A stretch of DNA of 64,000 nt from Acidobacteriota bacterium (GCA_965209055.1 OZ242374.1:1568001-1632000); one strand, 5' to 3'; shown: positions 1 through 10,200, counted from the stretch's first letter. Translations and numbers: made by a program. Notes: generated from the sequence alone by a model not told the origin.

Positions 1-1
1 C

Positions 2-934
2 CAGGAGGACATCCGGAAGAAGGACATCCGCCCCGGCGACCGGGTTCTGATCAAGCGGGCGGGAGATGTCATTCCCCAGGTGGTGGGGCCGGTGGACAAG
101 GATGAGGAGGGACGGGGGGAGCCCTATGCCTATCCCGGCGAATGTCCGGAATGCGGCTCTCCCATCGTCCAGGATCCGGACGAGGCCCTGGCCTACTGCC
201 GTAACGGAAACTGCCCCGCCCAGCGGTTCGAGTCGCTCAAGCACTTCGTCAGCCGGGCGGCGCTGGATATCCGGGGCCTGGGTCCGAAGACCCTCCGCAA
301 GCTGCTGGAACTGGAACTGGTGGCCGGTCCGGCCGATCTCTATTCTCTGACAGCCGAACAACTGAGCGGGCTTGAGGGGTTCAAGGAAAAGTCCATCGAA
401 AACCTGTTGGCCGGAATCGAGGGCAGCCGCCGGCAGCCTTTCCCCCGGGTGCTCTTCGGATTGGGGATTCGTCACGTCGGAGAAACCGCCGCCGCACTCC
501 TGGCCGGGGAGCTTCGGGATGTGGAGCGCTTGATGCAGGCGTCCCCGGAGCGGATCATGGAGATTCCCGGCATCGGACCCGAGATCGCTCGCAGTGTGGC
601 GGACTACTTCCAGGTCGATGAGAATCGCGATCAGGTGGAGAGGCTGGGGGCGGCCCGCCTGCAGTTGAAGATGGCCGGCGGCGACAGGGCCGCGCCGACG
701 GCCTTGGAGGGGAAGACGCTGGTGGTGACCGGGACCTTGCCGTCCCACAGCCGGAGAGAGATCTCCGAATTGATCAGGGCCAACGGTGGTAAAGTCACCA
801 GTTCGGTTTCCAAGAGGACCGGCTACCTGGTGGCCGGATCCAATGCGGGGTCAAAGCTCCGGCGCGCCCGTGAATTGGAGGTGCCGGTCTTGACCGAAGA
901 GGAATTCCTGAAGCTCCTGCAGGGTGAACCATGA
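2..934 (+). CDS. ligA: NAD-dependent DNA ligase, C-terminal part (5' truncated by window edge)
   Basis: Frame open from base 2: KRAGDVIPQV, Zn finger CPECGS...CRNGNCPAQ, HhH repeats (ALDIRGLG, LGIRHVGE), BRCT (VVTGTL...SSVSKRTGYLVAG...GSKL). Confidence 0.97.
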   Translation, partial: QEDIRKKDIRPGDRVLIKRAGDVIPQVVGPVDKDEEGRGEPYAYPGECPECGSPIVQDPDEALAYCRNGNCPAQRFESLKHFVSRAALDIRGLGPKTLRKLLELELVAGPADLYSLTAEQLSGLEGFKEKSIENLLAGIEGSRRQPFPRVLFGLGIRHVGETAAALLAGELRDVERLMQASPERIMEIPGIGPEIARSVADYFQVDENRDQVERLGAARLQLKMAGGDRAAPTALEGKTLVVTGTLPSHSRREISELIRANGGKVTSSVSKRTGYLVAGSNAGSKLRRARELEVPVLTEEEFLKLLQGEP

Positions 935-956
935 CAGTTCGCGGTGAAAGTCCCGC

Positions 957-1256
957 GTGCACCGGTACAACCCCCGGACGGCTGCCGGCGGGAACGTGGG
1001 CCCGGGTTTGCATCGGAAGGGATTTGTCGTGACATCTGACCGCAAGTCCGAACGCCATTCCCTGGACGTCTGTCCGAGTTGCCGCTACACGCTCAGCCGG
1101 CGCAGCACGTGGTGTCCCTACTGCGGGGTTCAACTCACCCACCCACCCTGGAAGAAGGTGGGCGCCTGGATTCTGCTGGTGTTGATCGTCTATGGGCTGG
1201 TCCAATGCCATCTTCGGTTGCTGGACGGCCCCAACGGTTTGAATTCGCTGCCGTGA
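957..1256 (+). CDS. small zinc-ribbon membrane protein (start may be later, ~1029)
   Basis: CPSC...CPYC followed by hydrophobic helix VGAWILLVLIVYGLV; stop overlaps the next gene start (GTGA). Confidence 0.6.
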   Translation: MHRYNPRTAAGGNVGPGLHRKGFVVTSDRKSERHSLDVCPSCRYTLSRRSTWCPYCGVQLTHPPWKKVGAWILLVLIVYGLVQCHLRLLDGPNGLNSLP

Positions 1257-1996
1257 AAGCTCCCGAGATGAAGACTCCCGGCTACCGGCACCATTCGGCG
1301 ACCCACGTGGGCTGGGTGCGTCCCGTGAACGAAGACACGCTGATCGAGTCGCCGGAAAATCATCTGTTCGCAGTGTGCGACGGGATGGGTGGGCATGCCG
1401 CCGGAGAAGTGGCCAGCGCACTGGCGGCTACGGTTTTCCGGCGCGTACTGGCGGAAGGTGTCGGGTCACCGGCATCGGCCTTGCGCGAGGCCATCCGCCA
1501 GGCGGACGAGGCGGTTTACCGGGATCAGGTGGCCCATCCGGAGCGCCAGGGAATGGGCACGACTCTCAGCGCGCTCCTGCTATCCGGACCGGCGCCGGTA
1601 GAGGCCTGGATCGGACACGTGGGCGATAGTCGTGTCTATCGGTTCCGGAATCAGAAATTGGACCAATTGACGATCGATCACTCACCGGTTTTCCGGCTCT
1701 ATCAGAAGGGTCTTCTCTCCAAGGAGCAGGCTCGCCGGCACCCGCACAAGCACATCGTGGAACAGGCGCTGGGGCTGAGCCCTCCGGTCGAGACGGATGT
1801 TCTTGCCGTGGACGTCCGAGGCGGAGACCTCTTTCTGCTCTGCACCGATGGTCTGAGCGATCAGGTCGCAGACGATGAGATCGAAGACGTCTGCCGATCC
1901 GGATCCGTCCGCGCCATGGCCCGTCATCTGGTGCAAGCCGCCAACTTCAAGGGTGGATTGGACAACGTCTCCGTGGTGCTGGTTCAGATCGGCTGA
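1253..1996 (+). CDS. PP2C/Stp1-family Ser/Thr protein phosphatase
   Basis: VRPVNED, VCDGMGGHAAGEVAS, GMGTT, HVGDSR, LCTDGL, GGLDNVS motifs; GTG at 1253 coupled to upstream stop. Confidence 0.93.
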   Translation: MKAPEMKTPGYRHHSATHVGWVRPVNEDTLIESPENHLFAVCDGMGGHAAGEVASALAATVFRRVLAEGVGSPASALREAIRQADEAVYRDQVAHPERQGMGTTLSALLLSGPAPVEAWIGHVGDSRVYRFRNQKLDQLTIDHSPVFRLYQKGLLSKEQARRHPHKHIVEQALGLSPPVETDVLAVDVRGGDLFLLCTDGLSDQVADDEIEDVCRSGSVRAMARHLVQAANFKGGLDNVSVVLVQIG

Positions 1997-1999
1997 TGG

Positions 2000-2920
2000 A
2001 TGAGACGGGGGAGAATCATGAAGCCGAATGACGCGCATTGCCATTTCTTCTCCCGGAACTTCGTCCGGACGCTGGCTGGAGAGAGAGGGATCCGGGGGGA
2101 CGACCCCGTGGCCGATGCCTGCCGAATCCTGGCGTGGGACCCGCCCGGTTCCAACCGGGAGTTGGCTGACCGTTGGGTTGCGGAGCTGGATCGCCACCAG
2201 GTCGGCCGGGCGGCGATCATCGCCAGTGTCCCGGAAGATGAAGAGTCGGTGGCGGAAGCCTTGGATCGGCATCCCGGGCGCTTTGTCGGCTTCTTCATGG
2301 TGGATCCGACGCGGCCCGCGGCCGCGGACCGGACGGCTCGAGCGGTCACGGAGCTGGGGCTCCGCTGCGCCTGCCTGTTTCCCGGAATGCACGGATACGA
2401 ACTCTCGGACCCGCGGGTGATCGGCCTGGTCGAGCGGCTGGCCTCCGTGCCCGGCACCGCGTTGTTCATTCATTGCGGCGTGCTGACGGTCGGGGCCAGG
2501 AAGAAGCTGGGATTGCCGGCCCGGTTCGACCTCCGGTATTCGAATCCCTTGAACGTTCATCCGTTGGCTCTGGCCTATCCAGGTCTGCCGTTCATCCTCC
2601 CTCATTTCGGGGCCGGCATGTTCCGCGAGGCCCTCATGCTGGGAGACCTCTGTCCCAATGTCCACCTGGACACGTCCAGCTCCAATTCCTGGATTCGATA
2701 CTCGGGATTGACGCTGGAGCAGGTCTTCGCCCGCGCCCTCGAGATCCTGGGGCCGGACCGGATTCTGTTTGGAACCGACTCTTCGTTCTTTCCGCGGGGC
2801 TGGCAACGTCCGGTCTGGGAGCAGCAGTCGCGGATCTTGGAGCTTCTCGGCCTGGACCGGGACGATCGGCGCAAGATCCGGTCCGTCAATTTCGATCGGA
2901 TCTTTCCTCCAGGAGCCTGA
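2000..2920 (+). CDS. amidohydrolase family (Amidohydro_2) metal-dependent hydrolase
   Basis: DAHCH, FIHCG, LPHFGAG, LDTSS, ILFGTDS motifs. Confidence 0.88.
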   Translation: MRRGRIMKPNDAHCHFFSRNFVRTLAGERGIRGDDPVADACRILAWDPPGSNRELADRWVAELDRHQVGRAAIIASVPEDEESVAEALDRHPGRFVGFFMVDPTRPAAADRTARAVTELGLRCACLFPGMHGYELSDPRVIGLVERLASVPGTALFIHCGVLTVGARKKLGLPARFDLRYSNPLNVHPLALAYPGLPFILPHFGAGMFREALMLGDLCPNVHLDTSSSNSWIRYSGLTLEQVFARALEILGPDRILFGTDSSFFPRGWQRPVWEQQSRILELLGLDRDDRRKIRSVNFDRIFPPGA

Positions 2921-3467
2921 CCAGGAACGCCTTGGCCCGGTCGTAGACGCCAGGGCTGGAGCTCTCCCTGGGACCCGCCACGTTCAGAATCCGGATCCGG
3001 TGCCGCCGGATCCAGCTCATGACCGGTTCGGTTCGGGGGTCCTGGTCCAGGTCCACCCGCCGGCAGGGCCGCCCCCGGCTTCGGGCCCGCTCCCAGGTGA
3101 GCCCCGTTCCACCGTCAACCTGAGTTCGGAAAAGGATGAGCGTCCCGTTGGAATCCCGAACATTCCAATCGGTTCTCTGGCCGTATCGCCGGAGGGGTGT
3201 CTCCCGGAGCGGATAGCGGTTATCGAGAGGACCGTCCTCGGCTCGGCGCCCCTTCGGGCACCATCCGCCGCAACCGAGCGATAGCTCCAGGGCCACGTCC
3301 AGCGCCGCCCGGTCGACTCCCGTCTGTCCTCCCGAGACGATTCGATTCGGCCGTCCTTCCACGGTGCGCCTCTGCTCCGGGACACGGGGCCACGTACCGT
3401 ACGAACGGATTGACGATGCCTGCCCCCGCCCGGCGATTTCGAATTCGCAATCTTTCGTGGACTCCAT
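2886..3467 (-). CDS. putative molybdenum carrier / SLOG (cpYpsA-like) protein; true start probably ~3380-3360
   Basis: IVSGGQTGVDRAALD, GGWCPKGRRAEDG, RTDWNVRDSNGTL, LNVAGPRES. Confidence 0.85.
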   Translation of the reverse strand: MESTKDCEFEIAGRGQASSIRSYGTWPRVPEQRRTVEGRPNRIVSGGQTGVDRAALDVALELSLGCGGWCPKGRRAEDGPLDNRYPLRETPLRRYGQRTDWNVRDSNGTLILFRTQVDGGTGLTWERARSRGRPCRRVDLDQDPRTEPVMSWIRRHRIRILNVAGPRESSSPGVYDRAKAFLVRLLEERSDRN

Positions 3468-3509
3468 TTCGGGTGTCCGGAGGTGGAATTGTCAATTTTT
3501 GTCAGGGGT

Positions 3510-3770
3510 CCACGAAGAAAAAGTCGGGTTTTAAAACAGCCAAAACGGTATAAACTGATTTTATAAAGACGCTGCCGAAAAAACTTCGAGGGGGCTCTTT
3601 TTCGGGCGATTTCAAGAGTATGTGGACAAGGTGTGGATAAATTGTGGCTGTGGGACCATAAGTGAAGTTGCAATTGCGGATAGGATTTTGCTGCCGAAAT
3701 CCACAAGAAAATGCCCCAATTTCTTGGTGAATTTTCTTGTTGCGCAGACCTGAGAAAGGCGTAGAATTTC
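3510..3770. promoter_or_regulatory. DnaA-box cluster beside an AT-rich tract (oriC candidate)
   Basis: Perfect TGTGGATAA 3632-3640, TGTGGACAA 3621-3629, AAATCCACA 3697-3705; AT-rich 3515-3570 within a ~900 bp gene-free gap. Confidence 0.5.
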
Positions 3771-4368
3771 CCTTGTCCCAAGGGGTAGACGCAAGTTGGC
3801 CCCGAGGCGGCGCCGGTCGCGGGTAGCCGATCCGGCTCCGGGATTTCGGTCCTGGAAAAGGGGAGGCGGCCAGTGGCGGGCGGGCGAGTTCCTCGCCGGT
3901 TTCGGCCGGTTGAGGGACGAGCGCCGAAGAGGTCCGCCGGGTCTGCCGGAGCCTTCGGGCGAGGGCAGCGAAGGCGGGTGTTCCGAGGCTGCTATCGGGG
4001 GTGCGGCTCCAGGGCGGCAGGTCGCTTCGATATTGAGGTCAGCCGGTGTTACCGGGGGATCCTCAAAGAAGGACGGCCCCCTTGGAGAGGAGTGGAGGTC
4101 GCCAGGGGCAAGGGCAGGTTCCTTCGGGGGCTTGGTCGAACGCGGCGGCGGATGCTCCACTTGGGGGCGCGGAAACTGGCCCCACTCGGGTTGGAGTAGC
4201 GCGCCTTTCGAGGCGGTGCAGCTTGCGAATATCACTTGGGACACTTTTTTTTGCCTTCCGAGTGCTCGTTCCCTTCTTTCCCTGACGATTCCCACGCAGT
4301 CTTCGTTGGTTCTCCCGTGAGGGATTCGGGGTATATTACGGATTCTTGAAATTGCGTGAGATGAAGGT

Positions 4369-5751
4369 GTGATCGTACTCAAATTCGGTGGGACCTCAGT
4401 TCAGGACACGGACGCGGTGACGCGAGCCGTCCAGGTGATTCGGCGCCAACTGTCCCGGGGCGAGGTCGTGGTCTTGTCCGCCATGGGAAAGACCACCAAC
4501 GGACTGCTGGAGATGGCTCGAAGCGCCTCGTCCGGGGATATCGACAGGGCCTGGTCAATACGGGACGGCCTGAGGGACTTGCACCTGGGGGTGGCTCGCG
4601 AGCTCCTCTCGGGCCGCCGCTGGAAGAGTGTGGAAGGGTCGCTGTCCGGCCTTTTCCAGGAGATGACCGACATCGTCCAGGGACTCTATCTGCTGGGCGA
4701 GACCAGTCCCCGGAGCATGGACCGTGTCGCCTCTTTCGGCGAACGTTTGAGCACGCTGATTTTCTCCGAAGTGCTGCGGGAGAATGGAATTTCCGCCGAG
4801 CTGGTGGACTCGCGGGATCTGATCCGGACCGACGGCCAATTCACCAGGGCTTCCGTTTTGCAGGAGCTCACCCGGAGTTGCGTCCGGCAACAGCTTTTGC
4901 CCCGGTTGCGGGAGGGCAAGGTGATCGTCGCGCCGGGATTCATCGGCTCCACGGTCGACGGGGTCACGACCACCATCGGGCGGGGAGGGTCCGATTACAC
5001 CGCCTCCCTGATCGGCGCCGCGCTGGATGCGGAAGATATCCAGATCTGGACCGACGTTCCGGGCGTCCTCACCGCCGACCCCCGAATCGTTCCGGATGTC
5101 TACAAGATTCGGGCCATCTCCTTCGCGGAAGCAGCCGAGCTGGCCTATTTCGGGGCCAAGGTGCTCCATCCCAGCACCCTGGTGCCGGCCATCGACCGGG
5201 ACATCCCCGTGCATGTCTGCAACTCCAGGCAGATCGACCAGTCGGGAACCTTCATATCCGCGGCCCCCGTCTCCTCTTCCAGTCCCATCAAGTCCATCGC
5301 CTGCAAACGGGGCATCACCATCGTCAATATCCTGTCCACCCAGATGCTGCTCTCCTATGGCTTCCTGCGCCGGATCTTCGAGGTGTTCGAGGCCCACGAA
5401 ACGGTGGTGGACGTGGTGGCCACATCCGAGGTCAACGTCTCCCTGACCGTCGATTCCTCTCAGGAACTGGAGGCGATCTGCAGCGACCTGGCGGAGTTCG
5501 GCGAGGTCCGGGTCGCGCCCGACACGGCCATCATCTGCACCGTGGGAGAAGAGGTGAAGGAGACCCCCGGGATTGCGGCCCGGATCTTCGGGGCTCTGGA
5601 AGGGATCAACGTGCAGATGATCTCCCAGGGAGCGTCCCGCATCAACATGACATTTCTGGTTGCGGAGGAGACAATGGAGGAGGCCGTCCGGCTGCTCCAC
5701 GACGAGTTCTTCCGGCAGCCGGACCCGGAGTTGTTCGAGCCCGTACGGTAA
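4369..5751 (+). CDS. lysC: aspartate kinase (AKIII-like, two ACT domains)
   Basis: VLKFGGTSV, GERLS, TTIGRGGSDYTA, IWTDVPG, ELAYFGAKVLHP. Confidence 0.96.
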   Translation: MIVLKFGGTSVQDTDAVTRAVQVIRRQLSRGEVVVLSAMGKTTNGLLEMARSASSGDIDRAWSIRDGLRDLHLGVARELLSGRRWKSVEGSLSGLFQEMTDIVQGLYLLGETSPRSMDRVASFGERLSTLIFSEVLRENGISAELVDSRDLIRTDGQFTRASVLQELTRSCVRQQLLPRLREGKVIVAPGFIGSTVDGVTTTIGRGGSDYTASLIGAALDAEDIQIWTDVPGVLTADPRIVPDVYKIRAISFAEAAELAYFGAKVLHPSTLVPAIDRDIPVHVCNSRQIDQSGTFISAAPVSSSSPIKSIACKRGITIVNILSTQMLLSYGFLRRIFEVFEAHETVVDVVATSEVNVSLTVDSSQELEAICSDLAEFGEVRVAPDTAIICTVGEEVKETPGIAARIFGALEGINVQMISQGASRINMTFLVAEETMEEAVRLLHDEFFRQPDPELFEPVR

Positions 5752-5806
5752 AAGCGGTTCGCGGTTTCGGGGCCCTTTGCCGTTAGAGAAGATGTCCGGG
5801 GTGGAC

Positions 5807-6505
5807 ATGAACATCACGTTGATCGGCTACGGAAAGATGGGAAGGGCGGTGGAGGCGGCCGCCCGGGAGGCGGGCGACGAGATCGTCTACTGGATGGACA
5901 TCGACGAGAATCCGTTGGAGGCGGGTTTCTCAGGCGATTGGATCGCCCGAACCGATGTCCTCATGGACTTCTCGACTCCGCACATCGTTCCCATGAACGT
6001 GGCGAATGCGGTCCGTAGCGGAATTCCCATCGTCGTGGGCACGACCGGCTGGTATGACCAGATCGATAAAGTCCGGGACACGGTGGTCCAGGGCGGCGGC
6101 GCCTGTGTCTGGGCGGGCAACTTCAGCCTCGGGGTGCAGATCTTCTTTCAACTGACCCGCCGCGCCGGCGAGATGTTCTCCAGGTTCGAGGAATACGATC
6201 CCTACCTGGTGGAGACCCATCACGTCCAGAAGCTGGACGCGCCGTCCGGCACCGCCATCACCATGGAAAAGATCCTGGGCGAGTGTTACGGCCGTCCGGT
6301 GAACGCCGTCAGCGTCCGGGCGGGATTTTTCCCCGGGATCCACGTCGCCGGGTTCGACTCGGCGGTGGATACCATCAAGCTGGAGCACCAGGCGCGCAGC
6401 CGCGACGGTTTCGCCCGGGGCGCTCTGTTCGCCGGCCGGTGGATCCAGGGCAAGCAGGGCTTCCATGCTTTCGAGGATGCCGTTTTCGGAGAGCAAAATG
6501 ATTGA
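5807..6505 (+). CDS. dapB: 4-hydroxy-tetrahydrodipicolinate reductase
   Basis: IGYGKMG, VVGTTGW, ETHHVQKLDAPSGTA, RDGFARGA; ATG at 5807. Confidence 0.95.
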   Translation: MNITLIGYGKMGRAVEAAAREAGDEIVYWMDIDENPLEAGFSGDWIARTDVLMDFSTPHIVPMNVANAVRSGIPIVVGTTGWYDQIDKVRDTVVQGGGACVWAGNFSLGVQIFFQLTRRAGEMFSRFEEYDPYLVETHHVQKLDAPSGTAITMEKILGECYGRPVNAVSVRAGFFPGIHVAGFDSAVDTIKLEHQARSRDGFARGALFAGRWIQGKQGFHAFEDAVFGEQND

Positions 6506-7394
6506 ACTGAAAGGCTGTGGAACCGCCCTGGTCACCCCCTTCACATCTCATCGTGATGTGGATGTGGACGCGTACCGCAAGTTGGTGGAGTGGCAGATCG
6601 AGTCGGGAATCGACTTTCTGGTGCCCTGCGGGACCACCGGCGAGAGCGTCACCCTGACTGAGGAGGAGTATGCATATGTCATTCAGGTCTGCGTGGAGAC
6701 GGCGTCGGGAGCGGTTCCGGTGGTGGCCGGAGCGGGGACCAACGATACCCGTTATGCTCGCCAACTGGCGTATGGCGCTCAGGAAGACGGCGCGGACGCC
6801 ATCCTCTCGGTGACTCCCTATTACAACAAGCCGACCCCCGAGGGAATTTTCCGCCATTTTTCCGAAATCGTCCGTGACTTGGACGTCCCCTTGGTGTTCT
6901 ACAACGTCCCGGGGCGGACCGGCACCAACATTCCGGTGGATACCCAGCTCCGCCTGGCCGGAGTGGACAACATCGTCGGAGTCAAGGAGGCCAGCGGGAA
7001 CCTGGACCAGATCATGGATCTGCTGAGGCGAAGGCCCGACGGATTCCTGGTCCTCTCGGGTGATGACAGCCTGGCCTTTCCCATGGCCTGCCTGGGCGCG
7101 GAAGGAGTCATCTCCGTGGCCAGCAACGTGATCCCGGCGGAGATGTCCCGAATGATGGCCCTGGTCCGGGAGGGGGAACTGGCCGAGGCGCGCGCCCTGC
7201 ACCACCGCTACCTCAATCTCATGAACCTCAATTTTGTGGAGTCCAATCCGATTCCGGTCAAGTACGCCCTCTCCCGGATGGGCCGCCTGACCGAGTCGTA
7301 TCGATTGCCCCTCTGCCCCATGGCCGCGGGGAACAAGGAGAAGATGGACCGGGAGCTGGACCGTCTCGAGTTGTGCCATGTCGCAAGCCATTGA
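6498..7394 (+). CDS. dapA: 4-hydroxy-tetrahydrodipicolinate synthase
   Basis: ALVTPF, GTTGES, PYYNKP, YNVPGRT, GVKEASG, SGDD, SNPIPVK. Confidence 0.97.
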   Translation: MIELKGCGTALVTPFTSHRDVDVDAYRKLVEWQIESGIDFLVPCGTTGESVTLTEEEYAYVIQVCVETASGAVPVVAGAGTNDTRYARQLAYGAQEDGADAILSVTPYYNKPTPEGIFRHFSEIVRDLDVPLVFYNVPGRTGTNIPVDTQLRLAGVDNIVGVKEASGNLDQIMDLLRRRPDGFLVLSGDDSLAFPMACLGAEGVISVASNVIPAEMSRMMALVREGELAEARALHHRYLNLMNLNFVESNPIPVKYALSRMGRLTESYRLPLCPMAAGNKEKMDRELDRLELCHVASH

Positions 7395-8196
7395 GCGCCT
7401 TTTCGAAGCTGAAGAATTCACTCCCCGGGATCGAGTCACCCTGGACGCCTTTCTGGACGACCTGGATGCGGGACGGGTCCGGGCGGCCGAGAAGGTGGAC
7501 GGAGAATGGAGAGTCAACGGCTGGGTCAAGAAGGGAATACTCGCCGGGTTCCGGATGGGGGTTCTCAGCGACGTCTCCATCAACGAGTCTTTTCGTTATT
7601 TCGACAAAGACACGTTTCCCCTGAAGCAGTTCTCGCTTGACTCGGGTGTGCGCATCGTGCCGGGAGGGTCGTCGATCCGCCGCGGTTGCCATGTAGCGGC
7701 GGGGGTGACCTGCATGCCTCCCATGTACATCAACGCCGGCGCCTACGTGGACGAGGGGACCATGGTCGATTCCCATGCGCTGGTCGGATCTTGCGCCCAG
7801 ATCGGGAAGCGGGTCCATCTGAGCGCCGGATGCCAGATCGGCGGCGTGCTGGAGCCGGTGGGCGCGCTGCCGGTGATCGTGGAGGACGACGCCCTGGTGG
7901 GTGGCAACACCGGCGTCTACGAGGGGACCATCGTCGGGCGGGAGTCGGTCCTGGCCGCGGGAGTCATACTGACGGGCTCGACGCCGGTCTACGATCTGGT
8001 GCATGAGACCGTCTACCGGTCCGCGCCGGGTGCTCCTCTCAAGATTCCATCCGGAGCCGTGGTGGTGCCTGGATCGCGACCCGTCCGCGAAGGCTTCGGG
8101 AGGCAACACGGCCTGTCCCTGTATGCTCCGGTGATCGTCAAGTACCGGGATTTGAAAACCGAGGGGTCGGTCCAACTCGAAGACCTGCTTCGTTAG
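7378..8196 (+). CDS. dapD: tetrahydrodipicolinate N-succinyltransferase
   Basis: WVKKGIL, VDEGTMVD, GSCAQIGKRVHLS, IGGVLEP, LEDLLR. Confidence 0.95.
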   Translation: MSQAIERLFEAEEFTPRDRVTLDAFLDDLDAGRVRAAEKVDGEWRVNGWVKKGILAGFRMGVLSDVSINESFRYFDKDTFPLKQFSLDSGVRIVPGGSSIRRGCHVAAGVTCMPPMYINAGAYVDEGTMVDSHALVGSCAQIGKRVHLSAGCQIGGVLEPVGALPVIVEDDALVGGNTGVYEGTIVGRESVLAAGVILTGSTPVYDLVHETVYRSAPGAPLKIPSGAVVVPGSRPVREGFGRQHGLSLYAPVIVKYRDLKTEGSVQLEDLLR

Positions 8197-8243
8197 CCCG
8201 TGGCGAGAGTCGACGTGGTCCGCCGCCTTCGCGCCGCTTCCTT

Positions 8244-9383
8244 ATGAGTCCCAGATTCGCCCAACGCCTGGACGGCATTGAGATCTCGATGATCCGCCAG
8301 ATCATGTCCCGGGCCGCGGGCTGCGTGAACCTGGGACTGGGGGAGCCGGAGTTCCCGGATCCTCCACGGGTCCGGCAGCAGGCGCGCCGGGTGTTGGAAG
8401 GTGGACGGATCGGCTACTCTCCCAACGCCGGGGTCCCCGAGCTTTGCCGGCGGGTCCACGAGTACCACGGTGGCTGCGACGGTCATACGGTCTGCGTGAC
8501 CAACGGGAGCCAGGAGGCCCTGTTTGACGTGGTGTTCGCCCTGGCGGGGCCGGGGGACGAGGTGCTGGTTCCCAATCCGGGATACGTCACCTACCCCACG
8601 GCGGTCCGTTTGGCCGGAGCCACGCCGGTCCCTTACCCCTTGCGGTCCCGCGACGGATTCCGTTTGGATCTGGAAGAGCTTGAAGCCCTGGTGTCACCTC
8701 GAACCCGGGCATTGATACTCAACACGCCTTCCAATCCCACGGGCCGGAGCCTCACATTGGAACAACTCCAGGGTGCGGCGCGTCTGGCCGAAGAGCACGA
8801 TCTGGTGCTCGTCAGCGACGAGATCTACCGGGAGACCTACCACGGATCGCCGCCGCCGTCGGTTCTGGATGCGACGGATGCCGCCGTCGTCATCTGCGGA
8901 TTCTCCAAGGCAGCCGCCATGACCGGATGGCGCCTGGGCTGGGCATGCGGACCCCAGGCCATCATCGACAAGGTGACCGTGCTCCACCAGAACACCTCCA
9001 TCTGTGCGTCCACGTTGACCCAGAGAGCGGCTCTGGCGTTGTTCACGCTGGAGGGCAGGGACGAGATCGAGCGGATGCGCCAACGAATGGCGCGAAATTG
9101 CCGATTCACCTGCCGTTGGCTCGACCGGCGGATGGGACAGGCTTTCGTTCCGCCCGACGGGGCCTTCTACGTCATGGTCTCGGTTGAGGAAACGGGTCTC
9201 GACAGCCTGTCGGCGAGTCTGGAGCTGCTCCGGGACAGGGTGGCCACGATTCCCGGCGCCGCCTTCGGGTCCGAGGGAGAAGGCTACCTGAGGCTTTCGT
9301 TCGCCTGTCGGCCCGAATCGCTCAAGAAAGGGCTGTGGCGGTTCGAAACGGGAATCAACCGGCTCGTGCAGAACCGGACCTGA
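8244..9383 (+). CDS. PLP-dependent class I/II aminotransferase (candidate N-succinyl-DAP aminotransferase)
   Basis: LGLGEP, NTPSNPTG, SDEIY, FSKAAAMTGWRLG; follows dapD. Confidence 0.88.
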   Translation: MSPRFAQRLDGIEISMIRQIMSRAAGCVNLGLGEPEFPDPPRVRQQARRVLEGGRIGYSPNAGVPELCRRVHEYHGGCDGHTVCVTNGSQEALFDVVFALAGPGDEVLVPNPGYVTYPTAVRLAGATPVPYPLRSRDGFRLDLEELEALVSPRTRALILNTPSNPTGRSLTLEQLQGAARLAEEHDLVLVSDEIYRETYHGSPPPSVLDATDAAVVICGFSKAAAMTGWRLGWACGPQAIIDKVTVLHQNTSICASTLTQRAALALFTLEGRDEIERMRQRMARNCRFTCRWLDRRMGQAFVPPDGAFYVMVSVEETGLDSLSASLELLRDRVATIPGAAFGSEGEGYLRLSFACRPESLKKGLWRFETGINRLVQNRT

Positions 9384-9396
9384 CGCAGGTGGTCGG

Positions 9397-10200
9397 ATGG
9401 CGTTTCCACCCATCATCACCTTCAGCAGCGATTTCGGGAGCAGTGGTCCGTACGTCGGCGCGGTCAAGGGCGCCATCCTGAAGATCTGCCCCAAAGCCCG
9501 AATCGTGGACATCAGCCACGAGATCTCCTCTCACAACATTCTCGAGGCCGCGTTCAATCTGGCTTGCAGCTATTCCTACTTCCCGGCCGGGACCATTCAC
9601 CTGGCAGTGGTGGACCCGGGCGTAGGGTCCGAGCGGCGAGGCATCGTGGTCGCCACCGACCGGTACCGCTTCGTGGGTCCGGACAACGGCCTCTTCACGC
9701 TGATCTACCGGCGGGAGAAGGTGAAACAGGTCGTCTCCATCGAGTCGGAACGGCATTGCCGGGAGACGGTGTCGGCCACCTTCCACGGCCGGGACGTCTT
9801 CGGCCCCGCCGCGGCCTGGCTGGCCTGCGGTACGGAGCCGGAGCAACTGGGACCGGAGATCATGGATTGGCAAGAACTGCCGCTCACCCTGCTGCAACGG
9901 GAGGAGCCCGGCCGAATCGGCGGAGTGGTCCTGCAGGTCGACCGGTTCGGGAACGTCATCACCAGCGTCCACGATCGCGAGCTTCGGGATCTCCTGGGCT
10001 ACGAGCCGGTGTTGGTGGAGTTTTGGGCTGGAGGCCGAAGAATCAGCCGGCGTTGCCGCACCTACGCCGAGGCGCCGGAGGGAGAGCTCGTCTACCTGAA
10101 GGGGAGCAGCGGGTACTACGAGATCGCGATCTCGGAGGGGTCGGCAGCCCGGGTTCTGGGCCTGAAGGTGGGAGGCCGAGTCCAGATCAGGGTTCGCTAG
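9397..10200 (+). CDS. SAM hydroxide adenosyltransferase (DUF62)
   Basis: SDFG, VVDPGVGSERR, GPDNG, TFHGRDVF, DRFGN. Confidence 0.9.
   Translation: MAFPPIITFSSDFGSSGPYVGAVKGAILKICPKARIVDISHEISSHNILEAAFNLACSYSYFPAGTIHLAVVDPGVGSERRGIVVATDRYRFVGPDNGLFTLIYRREKVKQVVSIESERHCRETVSATFHGRDVFGPAAAWLACGTEPEQLGPEIMDWQELPLTLLQREEPGRIGGVVLQVDRFGNVITSVHDRELRDLLGYEPVLVEFWAGGRRISRRCRTYAEAPEGELVYLKGSSGYYEIAISEGSAARVLGLKVGGRVQIRVR

Noticed and set aside
3543-3570. dif site
   Set aside because: The XerD arm TTATGTTAAAT is not matched; better explained as an AT-rich/IHF-like tract
3780-4360. Lysine riboswitch upstream of lysC
   Set aside because: No recognisable AGAGG...ACTGTC...GGAG.GCT L-box core in the right order and no terminator
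9397-10200. Fluorinase/chlorinase
   Set aside because: The TFHGRD His and conserved Asp/Arg indicate a DUF62 SAM hydrolase
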